From the human T2T-CHM13v2.0 reference genome, Homo sapiens, in assembly GCF_009914755.1 (NCBI RefSeq), contig NC_060942.1: DNA of 64,000 nt, one strand, 5' to 3'. Numbering within the stretch: position 1 is the stretch's first letter; each line of letters opens with the position of its first letter. Both the position numbers and the translations under genes were made by a program. The notes beneath the pieces were generated by a model. The model saw only the letters and a list, made by a program, of their open reading frames with translations. It searched no databases and was not told the origin of the DNA. Of the stretch, positions 1 to 9,724 are shown piece after piece.

Positions 1-919
1 GATTACTGAATCAAAAGATCTGGTTACCATCATGTCTAATCTGCCAGAACTGAATCATATCCACTGCATGGCTTTCTCCTCCGTTTCCTCCAATTTCCCC
101 CCATTCAACCACCTTTAACTATATTCCAGTTTCTAGCAAATGCTGCTGAAGCTTCAGCTATTTTCTTTAGATTATATAATTTTCCAGAAAACTCAGAAGT
201 TGATCTGCTTAACAAAGTATTCATTTTTCCTCTAAAGCATGGTATTATTTTCCATCTCTAAGAAACGGAGCTTTGTAATATTTGCTCTCCAATTTAGAAA
301 GAAGCATTAGTCAGCTTGCATTGAATGTTAAAAAAAAAAAACAAAAACCTGAATGCTACTCTGGTTCTCATTGGAGTGAAATATTTTCTCCATGTAACCA
401 GAAATAGTAATGGAAAATATTTTTCTTTCACACAATATTTGAGCATAATTGGTAAAAGCCTTCAATTATGGAGAAAGTCTTATGAGAGCTAGTCTTTCTT
501 GCAACAAAAACTAATCCATTTGGATTTATGTGACTCTATTAGCTGAAGCTTCTCTGTTTCGATAATAATATGAAATGCTTTTTTAAAGTTTGCATATAGT
601 GTCACCCACGAATGTCTCCAGCCATTTCCCCTGTTCATCATAAAATTTAGAAGTAATAACACTTTGCACCTTAGTGCTGTTTGACAGAAATACTACAATA
701 CTAGAAAATTGTAGTAGTACCCTACAAATTGACTCTGATTGCTCATCAACATAGAACTGATTAGTTAAATTAGCTTAAATAATAGAGCATTATAAAAATG
801 ACTTATTATCTCAAAATCTGCCATATAAATCATCCTTTTCATTATATTTAATAAAGAGAGTGGACTTTGAATTGTGCTTAATGATAGTCTATAAATGCTA
901 ATGCACTCAGTTTGAAGGA

Positions 920-1110
920 ACTGAGGTGGGAATTATTGGGCAAATCATAGGATTGAGTCTTGATCCCTATACTAATTTTCCTATAAATTCATAGCCAAAT
1001 AACTTTACTTCTCTTCACTTTTATTCCCAGTCTATAAAACAAAATAATAATATCTACCCAATAGGATTCTTAAATTGATCCAATAATGTAATGTGTGCAC
1101 AAACATAATA
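920..1110 (+). mobile_element. MIR SINE fragment
   Basis: Degenerate MIR core (cccagtctataaaacaaaataataatatctacccaataggatt...); boundaries approximate. Confidence 0.45.
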
Positions 1111-1239
1111 CTTTGATTTCTCAGGCTTCACAAGAACGAAAGTGTTTGTACACAGACAAATCAAACTTGTGATGCAAATTATTTACAATTAGAAGTTGTA
1201 TATGCAAATATATAGAACATCCCCATGCATATCAATATA

Positions 1240-1520
1240 TTTGCTATAGAATTTAGCATCTTATTCCAACCTTCCCACTAAGGCAGGAATAGACACTACA
1301 AAACCTTTCACAGGCAGCCACCCTGCCCTGGTGTAAACATCTCTAGTGGGGGAAAGCCCACTCCCTCACAGGAAGGCTTATTCCACGTTAGAACACCTCC
1401 AGCTACAAGAAAGTTGTTTCTACTGTCAACTTTTAATTCCTCATGTTCTAGATCTGTTCTCTGATGCTATATAGAATAGGCCTGATGTCTCTTTCACATA
1501 GTAGCTCTTTAGTTATCTAA
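1240..1520 (-). mobile_element. L3/CR1 LINE 3' fragment
   Basis: Resembles reverse of the CR1 3' region (cactccctcacaggaaggcttattccac...agaaagttgtttct). Confidence 0.45.
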
Positions 1521-1589
1521 AGAGTAATGCCCCAACACACACAGATCCATGAATAAATAGCAGGTATCTTTGAATCCCTGGTGTAGCAA

Positions 1590-1750
1590 CCTGCTGTAGA
1601 AAGTTCATTTATGATTCTCATAGATGAAAAACTACAGCTCAGAAAGGGTAGTAACGTCTCCAAGGTCACACAGCTAATAACACAAAAGCCAAGGTTCAAA
1701 TGCAAGTCTGCCAGACTTCACAACCCATGGTCTTAACCACCACACTTTGC
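1590..1750 (-). mobile_element. MIR SINE fragment
   Basis: catagatgaaaaactacagctcagaaaggg...ccaaggtcacacagctaa...ggttcaaa...tcttaaccac, reverse MIR core. Confidence 0.65.
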
Positions 1751-1974
1751 TTCTAAGTATTTTCTTCTTCAAGCCAAACACTCTGTTAGCCCAGTTCCAT
1801 TAGTCGTTCTGCATACGAAACATTTCTTAGACCTTTCTTCAACCCTGCTCCACTTACAGGACTCTCTTTATGCCTCTGTTAAAATGTGCCAGTATCAAAA
1901 TAAACCACATGCAGTAACCAATCCCATAGTCCAACAATTCCAGACACTGTTACTATACCTCCTTGAGAGATTTG

Positions 1975-3028
1975 TTCACCCACCCTCCCAAAAGATAATT
2001 TCATATTTTCTCCTTTTTAAGACTGGCTGCACCTCCTCCACCTGCCCTCTCCCAGCTGATGGCCATGCTCCATACTCCTCTAAGAAAATTAATGCAAACC
2101 AGCCAAGGTCCTCTCATGGTCCCACTACTAAATATAAGAACCCAACTGCATGGTGTCCACACTATCTCCCATCCCTCTCATCACAACATCGCCACCCCAT
2201 CCCTATGGCTGATATTTGTGTTCCTGCCTTCCCATTGACTGCCCTCTTGAAATTTCACCTTCTTTGTCCTGTATCTTCGTTCTCCCTCAGTCTAATGATT
2301 CATTTCCATCAGAATACAAACAAACGCTAGTATTTCCCAACTTCAAAAGAAGGGAAGGAAGGAAGGAAAGGAGCGAGGAAAGAAAGGAAAAAAGTAAGGA
2401 AGGAAAAAAGGGAAGGAAGGAAGGGAAGGAGGGAAGGGAGAGAGGGAGGGACAAAGAAAGAGAATAGGAGAGGAGATGAAAGGAAGAAAGAGGAAAGGAG
2501 AGGAGAGAGGAGAGGAGAGGAAAAGTCTTCACCTCACTACCCATTTCCAACAGTTTGGAAGTTTCTATCCTGCCTGTTCAACTCACTCCAATAAGCTTTG
2601 ATTCCCTGAACACCCTGTAAGTGCTCCTACTACTCCATTCTTATCTTCCCCACTTTTCTCTTAGTTAATTTTGCTCCAGTCACATTGGTCTTCTTTGTTT
2701 ACTCCAAAAACTTGTCATGCTTGTTGCTGCATTATAATTTCATCACATGATTCAGGTCTGTGCCCAAATATCATCTTCTCAAAAACGTGTTTCTCTGCTT
2801 TCTATCCCTGGCACACTCTCTCACAACTTCCCTAGTTCACTTTCTTCATAGAATTTGTCACTCTCTGAAATTATCACATTTATTTGTCTTCTTGTTTATT
2901 CTGTCTTTCCCTACCAGAATGAAAGCAAGGATCTTATTTGTCTGTTCACCACTGTATGACCAGTGCCTAGAATAACACCTGGCCCACAGTGTGTACTCAA
3001 TACATACTCATTGAATGAGTGAATGAAA
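1975..3028 (+). mobile_element. L2 LINE fragments ending in the L2 3' tail
   Basis: L2-like pyrimidine-rich body; end cagtgcctagaataacacctggc...tcaata...tgaatgagtgaatgaa; interrupted by a GA-rich microsatellite. Confidence 0.6.
2346..2525. repeat. Purine-rich (GGAA/GAAA/GGAGA) low-complexity tract
   Basis: Directly visible; source of the spurious K/E/R/G-rich and L/S/F/P-rich ORFs. Confidence 0.95.
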
Positions 3029-3109
3029 TCAAAAAGTTTACCAAGAGTATTTTATAATTCAACAAGTATCCTGATCATGACCCTTGTTTTAGATTTAACT
3101 AAATCATTT

Positions 3110-3950
3110 TTCAAGCATTATTCATTTTATTAAATTAATTTAATGTAGTATAAGACAAACTTATTAGGCATCCACTATGTGCAAGACACTGTGGTAGATG
3201 TTTGGGTGGCACAAGAGTGAGTTCTTGTCACAGTCCCTGCCCCCTGTTAGAAATGGATAGGGAAAGAGATATCCAGAAATAGTGGGGTTATTATTGAAAG
3301 TTTACCCTCATAAAATAATAATTTTGAGTGCATTAAGGCTATGGAAACTAATATTGATGCAGGATTTTTCCTCCTTAGCTCAGCTAGGTCCAGGTTCTTG
3401 TCTCACGACCAGGAAAAATTAGGCACATGAACACTCACAGAGTAAGTGAAGTAGGGTTTATTAAGCAAAAGGAAAGCTCTCAGCAAAGAGAGGGGTCCTG
3501 AAAGCACATTCCTGGTTGCCCCTTCACAGGTGAATACAAGGGCTTGTACATACCAGCTGATGGGGCTGGGTTCCCTATTTGTATAAGGCACAAATTCCTG
3601 GTGGCTCCACTCCATCCCCCCAGTGCACATGCAGGCCCTTAGTCCACTGTGAGCATGTTTAGGCAAGTACCCTGTGCAAGTTCCCTTATCTGCACAAAAC
3701 ACAGGTCAGAGGTTCTCTGGGAACCCTTTTCTTATTTTCTGCCTAAAGCAAGCTGGCTAACTTTTCAATACAACAACTAAAATAAATGGAAGGACTATTG
3801 GGAAGATGCAAAACACTACAGAATTTCCAAGGACATAGAGAAAAATTCTTCTTGGGAAAGGATCTGGGTAGATTTTTTTAGCTAAACCTAGAAGAGTGCA
3901 TTTAATTTTAACAACCACATGTCCTAATTGGAGGGAAAGCATAACAAAGC
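3110..3950 (-). mobile_element. L2 3' fragment interrupted by a solo LTR
   Basis: cttattaggcatccactatgtgcaagacactgtggtagatg matches the reverse L2 3' end; L2-like sequence resumes after 3767. Confidence 0.4.
3355..3767 (-). mobile_element. ERV1 solo LTR (MER61-like)
   Basis: TG...CA ends, 413 bp, near-identical 4-bp flanks ATAT (3351-3354) and ATAC (3768-3771); tttatt (reverse AATAAA) near 3457; body cttagctcagctaggtccaggttcttgtctcacgaccagg resembles MER61-group LTRs. Confidence 0.7.
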
Positions 3951-4210
3951 TGAATCGGCGAGAATAGCAGAGCTCTTCTTAAAGTAGAGTATTTTCCTGA
4001 GCCCTTCTAGGAGACCACCAGTGGTCCAACCCACCTGAACGCTCCACTGCAGTTTGAAAGTCTATGATCCTGCATGGACCATTTCCATGTTCTAAGTTCT
4101 CCTCAGAATTTTTTTCAGATCCTCAAGATGTACACATCCACTTCTATTTTTGGGTGGACTCAGAAAGATCTTCTCACTCAGGAACACTACATTTAGATAA
4201 ACACAGTCAG

Positions 4211-5285
4211 ATGCCCTCAAAGACAAACCTAAGGAGAAAGCTTTCAGAAGCATTTTGAAGACTTGAAACCACTGCATTCATATAAGATGTTGTTGTTGTT
4301 TAAAAAGCAAACCAGTTGATGGAGAACTGTTATTGAATGGCTCCAATATCAGTGACTTGGGATATGTGAGTCCAAAGAGATGAAGCATATTTAATGTAAT
4401 TACACATCCATTTCTTGTGCTGCAGGACCACATGAAGCATTACTAATCCCCAAACATACCTGCTGGGAGGACTGTGGGAAACAGCTGTTTGGTTCATAAG
4501 AAATGAACCAAGTGAATTCAAAGTACGCAGGCATTCAACTGCCGGGTTCCCAGAGTCAGACCTGTCCACTAAGCCCAGGATTGATAAGGAATTAAAGAGG
4601 ATTCCATCCAAAGGTACATTTGTTTCAAGCACAAATCACCCTGCCAACTCATTTGTTATTGTAATAACCTCTCTCAGCATTTCTATTATTGGAGAGGACT
4701 TCTTTTCAAATGAAAAATGACGTACCTGATTACTTGCATGGGATTTGGCGTCATACTCATTTTGGCTTCTTGTTTGAGTCAGTGAGAGGGCCAGGGAAAG
4801 GCCTTTACATCCTTGCATGCATATCAGTTGCAGTTAATGGAGTTCATAGGTTTATTAGGCATTGGAGAGTTAAAAGCCAAAAGCTGTAATGCTGGAAGCT
4901 GTGCCAATTCTGCAGGTATATCCAAGAAAGCTTCAAGATTTCAAGTACTAAAAATAGTTAAAACGATCTCAGAAACTGTTTACATTCAGCAAGGATAATT
5001 ATATGAGCCTCTAACTCTTTCCTATCATATTATAATCCTTTAATAACCTATATTTTATTTATATCTAGTTGCTAAGTTTATTAGTGCTTATTATAGGATA
5101 TGTTCTTAATTTTATGTTTTACAAAACAATTTGAATAATTGGAATTGCTTTTGTGAATTTTCTTCCACTTGCAATAAGATGGGTGATTTATAAAAAGCCA
5201 TTTTCTAAACATGCTAACAGGTGCAGGAAAGATTGACAGAGCAATACGAGAAAATATTCTTAATGTAGGCTTTCCAAGATTTTAA
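4211..5285 (+). pseudogene. Putative endogenous bornavirus-like nucleoprotein element (EBLN), frameshifted and internally deleted
   Basis: Colinear fragments versus BoDV-1 N as recalled: MPSKTNLRRKL (4211) ~ MPPKRRL; WLQY (4338) ~ FLQY; GICESKEMK (4359) ~ GIGHEKDIR; IFNVIT..FLC..GPHEALL (4387-4445) ~ [30 protein letters not shown]/GSQS (4500-4556) ~ EISSIFS/GSSS; ELKR..TFVSSTNHP (4589-4642) ~ QIKKRFKTMMAALNRP; DYLHG..PGK (4728-4799) ~ DWING..PGK; FIG/FIRH (4843-4862) ~ FLGAIRH; ELKAKS..ANSAGISKK (4867-4929) ~ KLAPRS..ASAAFYWSKK; YKKPFSK then IDRAIRENILNVGFPRF* (5189-5285) ~ YRRREISR..LSGEISAIMRMIGVTGLN*. Confidence 0.72.
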
Positions 5286-5768
5286 ATGAAATTTCTTTAA
5301 TGAGTGCATATCATTTTTTACAGGCCTGGTTTACTACTCAGGGGATGCTGAACATAGACTATAACAGTATGTTTTATTTAACAAGAACCATAATCAGAGT
5401 TATGTGATACATAGATATGTGTATAAAATGAAAATCAACTAGAAACAGAGATTGGCTATCTGAAAAATATTTTTAAAGAAACTTTGGCAAAAAATGGAGA
5501 CCAATAGAAAAATAACAATTTTGGGTTTTTGAATTATTAAATTACAGAAACAGATCTTTTTTTAAAACTGACCTCTTGAGAGTAGTAGGAGGTGTTGACT
5601 TTTAAGCTTTACTACACGCCTATGACCTTGGTCCTGTCACCAGTTGAACTTGGTAATTCAGCCAAGTCTTCCCAAGCATTTGCTATGTGTGGGCCCAGTG
5701 CTGGGGACACAAAGAGGAAGAAGGTACAGGTCCCACCAACAAGAAGCCACCTGTCCTGAGGACAGCCA

Positions 5769-5812
5769 TATATTATAAATATAATATAATATAAATATAA
5801 TATAAATATAAA
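5769..5812. repeat. AT-rich (ATATA)n microsatellite
   Basis: Directly visible. Confidence 0.85.
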
Positions 5813-6108
5813 CCCGAATCAAGGATTTGCCTGGTCTCCCAAATATGTCTCCCTTCTCTACTTGACTAGGGTGTGGAGTGGTTATTTTTTAAATCACTGT
5901 GTATGAATTACCAAGATTCTTTCTGATTTTCCTTCACAAATCTTTCAAGCCAAAAGAAATTTTACCTGAGTAAGGTTCTCAGAACTGGACTCTGATGTGA
6001 GACCTCTATGAAGTAAGTTGCCTTTAAGAAGTTCTGAACATAAATCGAATTACCAAGAATTCTATTTATTGAAAAACACATTATATTGCATCATGTCCTT
6101 TTCAAATA

Positions 6109-6283
6109 GAGTGAAACTTGCTTATATTAAATTTCTAGGAACCCGAGGAAAAAATTTGATATAGGATGGAATTTGATATACTCTAGAAATATTACATGTG
6201 CGTGTAATAGACCTGGATTTCCAATTTGATTGCTATACACAGGGATTCAATACAGGTGGGTTCAATATTAAGGGGTTTCATTG
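6109..6283. mobile_element. Ancient Tigger-like MITE
   Basis: Imperfect terminal inverted repeats: gagtgaaacttgcttatattaaa versus the reverse complement of ttcaatattaaggggtttcattg; TA at 6107-6108; internal repeats of tttgatata and ttcaata. Confidence 0.4.
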
Positions 6284-7664
6284 AATTTGCATTTGTGTTT
6301 TTCAGGACATATATGGTATGTGTTTCCTCAAGGTAAAAATCAGATTCATTCCTGAGTCTAGGAAAGCTAAATATTCATGGAAACAGGAATTATTCAAGGA
6401 ATATGACCAGATGAAAGTAATGTAAGCAATCTAGTTTCACTTCATTCCATCTTAATATTAATTTGATTGTCTGGAAGTTAGACTATTGAATTCTGGAATG
6501 GCATCTCTCTTTCCCTAGCTCTATAATTCTCTAGCCTATAACTTCTCTATTCCTTTCTTTCATTTAACATTTTAATATTCATCTGAAAGGAAGTGTTCAA
6601 CAAAAGGGAATTACCAAAAGGTTTCAACATGTGAGGAAATTTTCTGTTCCTAAAAATGTCTCAAGTCTTGGAAAATCATAAAAATAACAAAAAGGTACTG
6701 ACCATTATAAAATTGAAAGAAATCACTATACTAATATTTATATAAAATATACCATCTCTTTAAATTATAGGCACTGAAAATTATTAGCATTGCATAAAAT
6801 ATTGCACATATTTTTATTGTTTAGTTCTCAGAAAAAATTCTGAACCTGAATACTATTATTTTATTGACTTGAACTTGGGTGAGGGGAATTGAGATTTATA
6901 AATCTTTCCCTCCCCGATGGAAGTATCTAACACAGGCAATGCCCAGGAAGCAATGTTCTTCACTGAAGGAATGAATGAATGAATGATCTAAGCATACAGC
7001 TCCATTTAGGAATCTTTTGGGTACTTTGACATATATACTACTTTCACCTGAAAGAACCAAAAGATAAAATCCCTATTAAGTTTATCGCCATGCAGTTCTA
7101 TAGTCACTTCTGAATTCTACTGATTCCACCCAATATTCCAAGTAAGCAAATGTAATAAAACTAATAGAAGAATATGCTTTGGGTGCCATAACAGATCAGC
7201 CTTCAAACAGATTAGGAACTTCGAGCTATTTGCCACTAAAAACAAGACAGGTCTTGCACAGGTCATACAAAATAATACTAATCTCTTTTGCCTGAAATAG
7301 TTTACATAGTTGCCTCAACAACATTTTTTTTTATCATCAAAACAAGTGTATACTTAACTAAATTAGGTTTTCTTTATACATTGGGTTGTGCCAGGAACCC
7401 TATTGCTTATAGAAGGAGCTGCTGTCTTTTGGGGCTCTACATACTTGGTATATATCACATAATGATGTATTTATGAGGGAGATCAGGTCAACTATTCACC
7501 TAAATAGCTGATTATTTTACTGATATGACAAGACATCCTGTGCAAAACCATTGGTCAAGTGGCATCATGTAGCCACAGCTTCAGGTATATCAAAAGGAGG
7601 CAACACTGATATATCTAAAAGAGATGCAGCAGAATAAACACACAGAACATAGAAAGGTGAATGA

Positions 7665-7943
7665 CCTAGCACTTTGGGAGGCTGAGGCGGGACGACCACT
7701 AGGTCAGGAGATCGAGACCATCCTGGCTAACACGGTGAAACCCTGTCTCTATTAAAAATTAAAAAAAAAAAAAAATAGCCGGGCAAGGTGGCAGGCGCCT
7801 GTAGTCCCAGCTACTAGGGAGGCTGAGGCAGGAGAATGGCGTGAACCCGGGAGGCGGAGCTTGCCTTGAGCCGAGATTGTGTCACTGAACTCCAGCCTGG
7901 GCAACAGAGCGAGACTCCGTCTAAAAAAAAAAAAAAAAAAAAA
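7665..7943 (+). mobile_element. AluY-like, slightly 5'-truncated
   Basis: gagatcgagaccatcctggctaacacggtgaaa and agaatggcgtgaacccgggaggcggagcttg are AluY diagnostics; about 21-A tail. Confidence 0.92.
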
Positions 7944-8324
<381 letters not shown>

Positions 8325-8334
8325 CTAAAACTAG

Positions 8335-8612
8335 TTTCTCCTCTCTCTTTTTCTTTTTCTCCCTGTGTCATTCTTTTTCTCTTCCTCTCTCTCTCTTCTC
8401 CCTCTTTCTCTCACTTTTTCATTCTTTTTCTGTCTCTCCCATTTCTTTTTCTCTTTCTCTTTCTCTCTCCCTCCCTCTTTCTCTCTCTGTCATTCTTTCT
8501 CTCTTCCTCTCTCTTCCCCCTCAGTGTCTCTCTCTCTCTCTCTTTCTCTCTATCTCTCCGTCTTCCTTCTTCCCAATCCACTTCCCAACCCCTCCCCTCA
8601 CACACACATACC
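8335..8612. repeat. CT-rich low-complexity tract ending in (CA)n
   Basis: Directly visible. Confidence 0.9.
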
Positions 8613-9374
8613 CCAGCTGCCATGGCCAAAATACAGCCTCTGGAGATGCTATCTTTTTGGCTGCCCAAGTGTCCTTTTTCTAACAGCATATACTGCAGGA
8701 GGGCAGCCACACGTTGCATCGGAGTCATGCGTTCCCTGGAAGCTTCAAACCCCCATGCTGGATTTAGACTGCCTGTTGCCAAGAGTCTAGTCTGGGCACC
8801 TCACTCATCTGACCTAAGTGCCTTTCTAAACTTTTGGCTGAATTTGGCAGCTGCCAGCCCCTCTCCTCTGTGTCCTTTCTTGTTCCTCATCTTGTTACTC
8901 CCAGAGCCAGCCAGAAGCAGCAGTACATAGCTCCCAAATGAAATACACTCAAGTCCATTAAGAATCACCTAAAATGTTGACTCAATTTGAAAGCGGGCTG
9001 TTAACAGTGCATATGTGAAGTTGACGGTACTTGTGATAAGCAGAAAAAACAACAACGAATACTAATGTCTTATATTTGTATAGCACGTTAGAGTTTTTAA
9101 AGTGTTGTTGTAACACTCTGTTGAGATAAGCAAAAGGGGGTACTATTTTGCACATGAAATCATTTGGGTTCAAAAGGGTTAAATAAATGAGGAAAAACAA
9201 AAAAAAAACAAAATTCAATCTTGGACCCACAAAGTGACTGCTCTGTACACGCTGAAAGATGCCCCTTAGGAAACCTAATGGAAGGCACTTGTAAGGCATT
9301 CAGGCTTTTGGAACTTGTCTTTAAAATGTTATCAGTTCTCCAATGTGGACTGCTGATCCCCTGCATGAGCCATC

Positions 9375-9480
9375 AGGAACCCCTCATCATTCTCAGGCCT
9401 CACCCAGCAGGCAGGGAATCAGAAGTTGGGCAGGATTTGTATTTGAACTAGCAGTCTCAGGTAACTGATACACCTGCCCT
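9375..9480. mobile_element. MER5-like hAT fragment
   Basis: attctcaggcctcacccag...gaatcagaa...tttgtatttgaactagc...caggtaactgat resembles MER5A. Confidence 0.4.
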
Positions 9481-9659
9481 AACTGAGACAGAGCTTATGA
9501 AGAGCCAGCCCCAATCTGAACAGTAGCCTCCTTAAGGAACACTACAGAGAAGCCAGGTTAGCCTGACCTCTCATCCTGAGGAGTAGCCAAAGAATCAGGA
9601 CACCATTGAGATCCCATTCATCAATCTTTGAACCCAAGTAATGGAGGAGGTTTGCCCTT

Positions 9660-9724
9660 GAGCACAGACAATGGAGACAAACTGTGCAGGTTCAAGCCCC
9701 AGTCCTGCCACTTACAAAGTGACC
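9660..9724 (+). mobile_element. MIR, piece 1 of 3 (5' tRNA-like part)
   Basis: gagcacagacaatggagacaaactg...ggttcaagccccagtcctgccacttac...gtgacc. Confidence 0.65.

Noticed and set aside
2216-2550. Charged or hydrophobic ORFs here and at 8288-8790, 20654-20910 and 51320-51662
   Set aside because: Translations of purine/pyrimidine microsatellites that simply lack stop codons.
4020-4060. HLNAPL resembles the N-terminal HLxSP motif of mononegaviral L proteins; HFLCC...GGLWE (4409-4480) resembles a stretch of bornavirus L
   Set aside because: Isolated matches with inconsistent spacing. The N-protein reading explains 4211-5285 with many more ordered motifs.
3960-5000. Processed pseudogene of a cellular gene (for example kinase-like LLLNGSNISDLG)
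   Set aside because: No colinear set of motifs for any cellular family I could recall.
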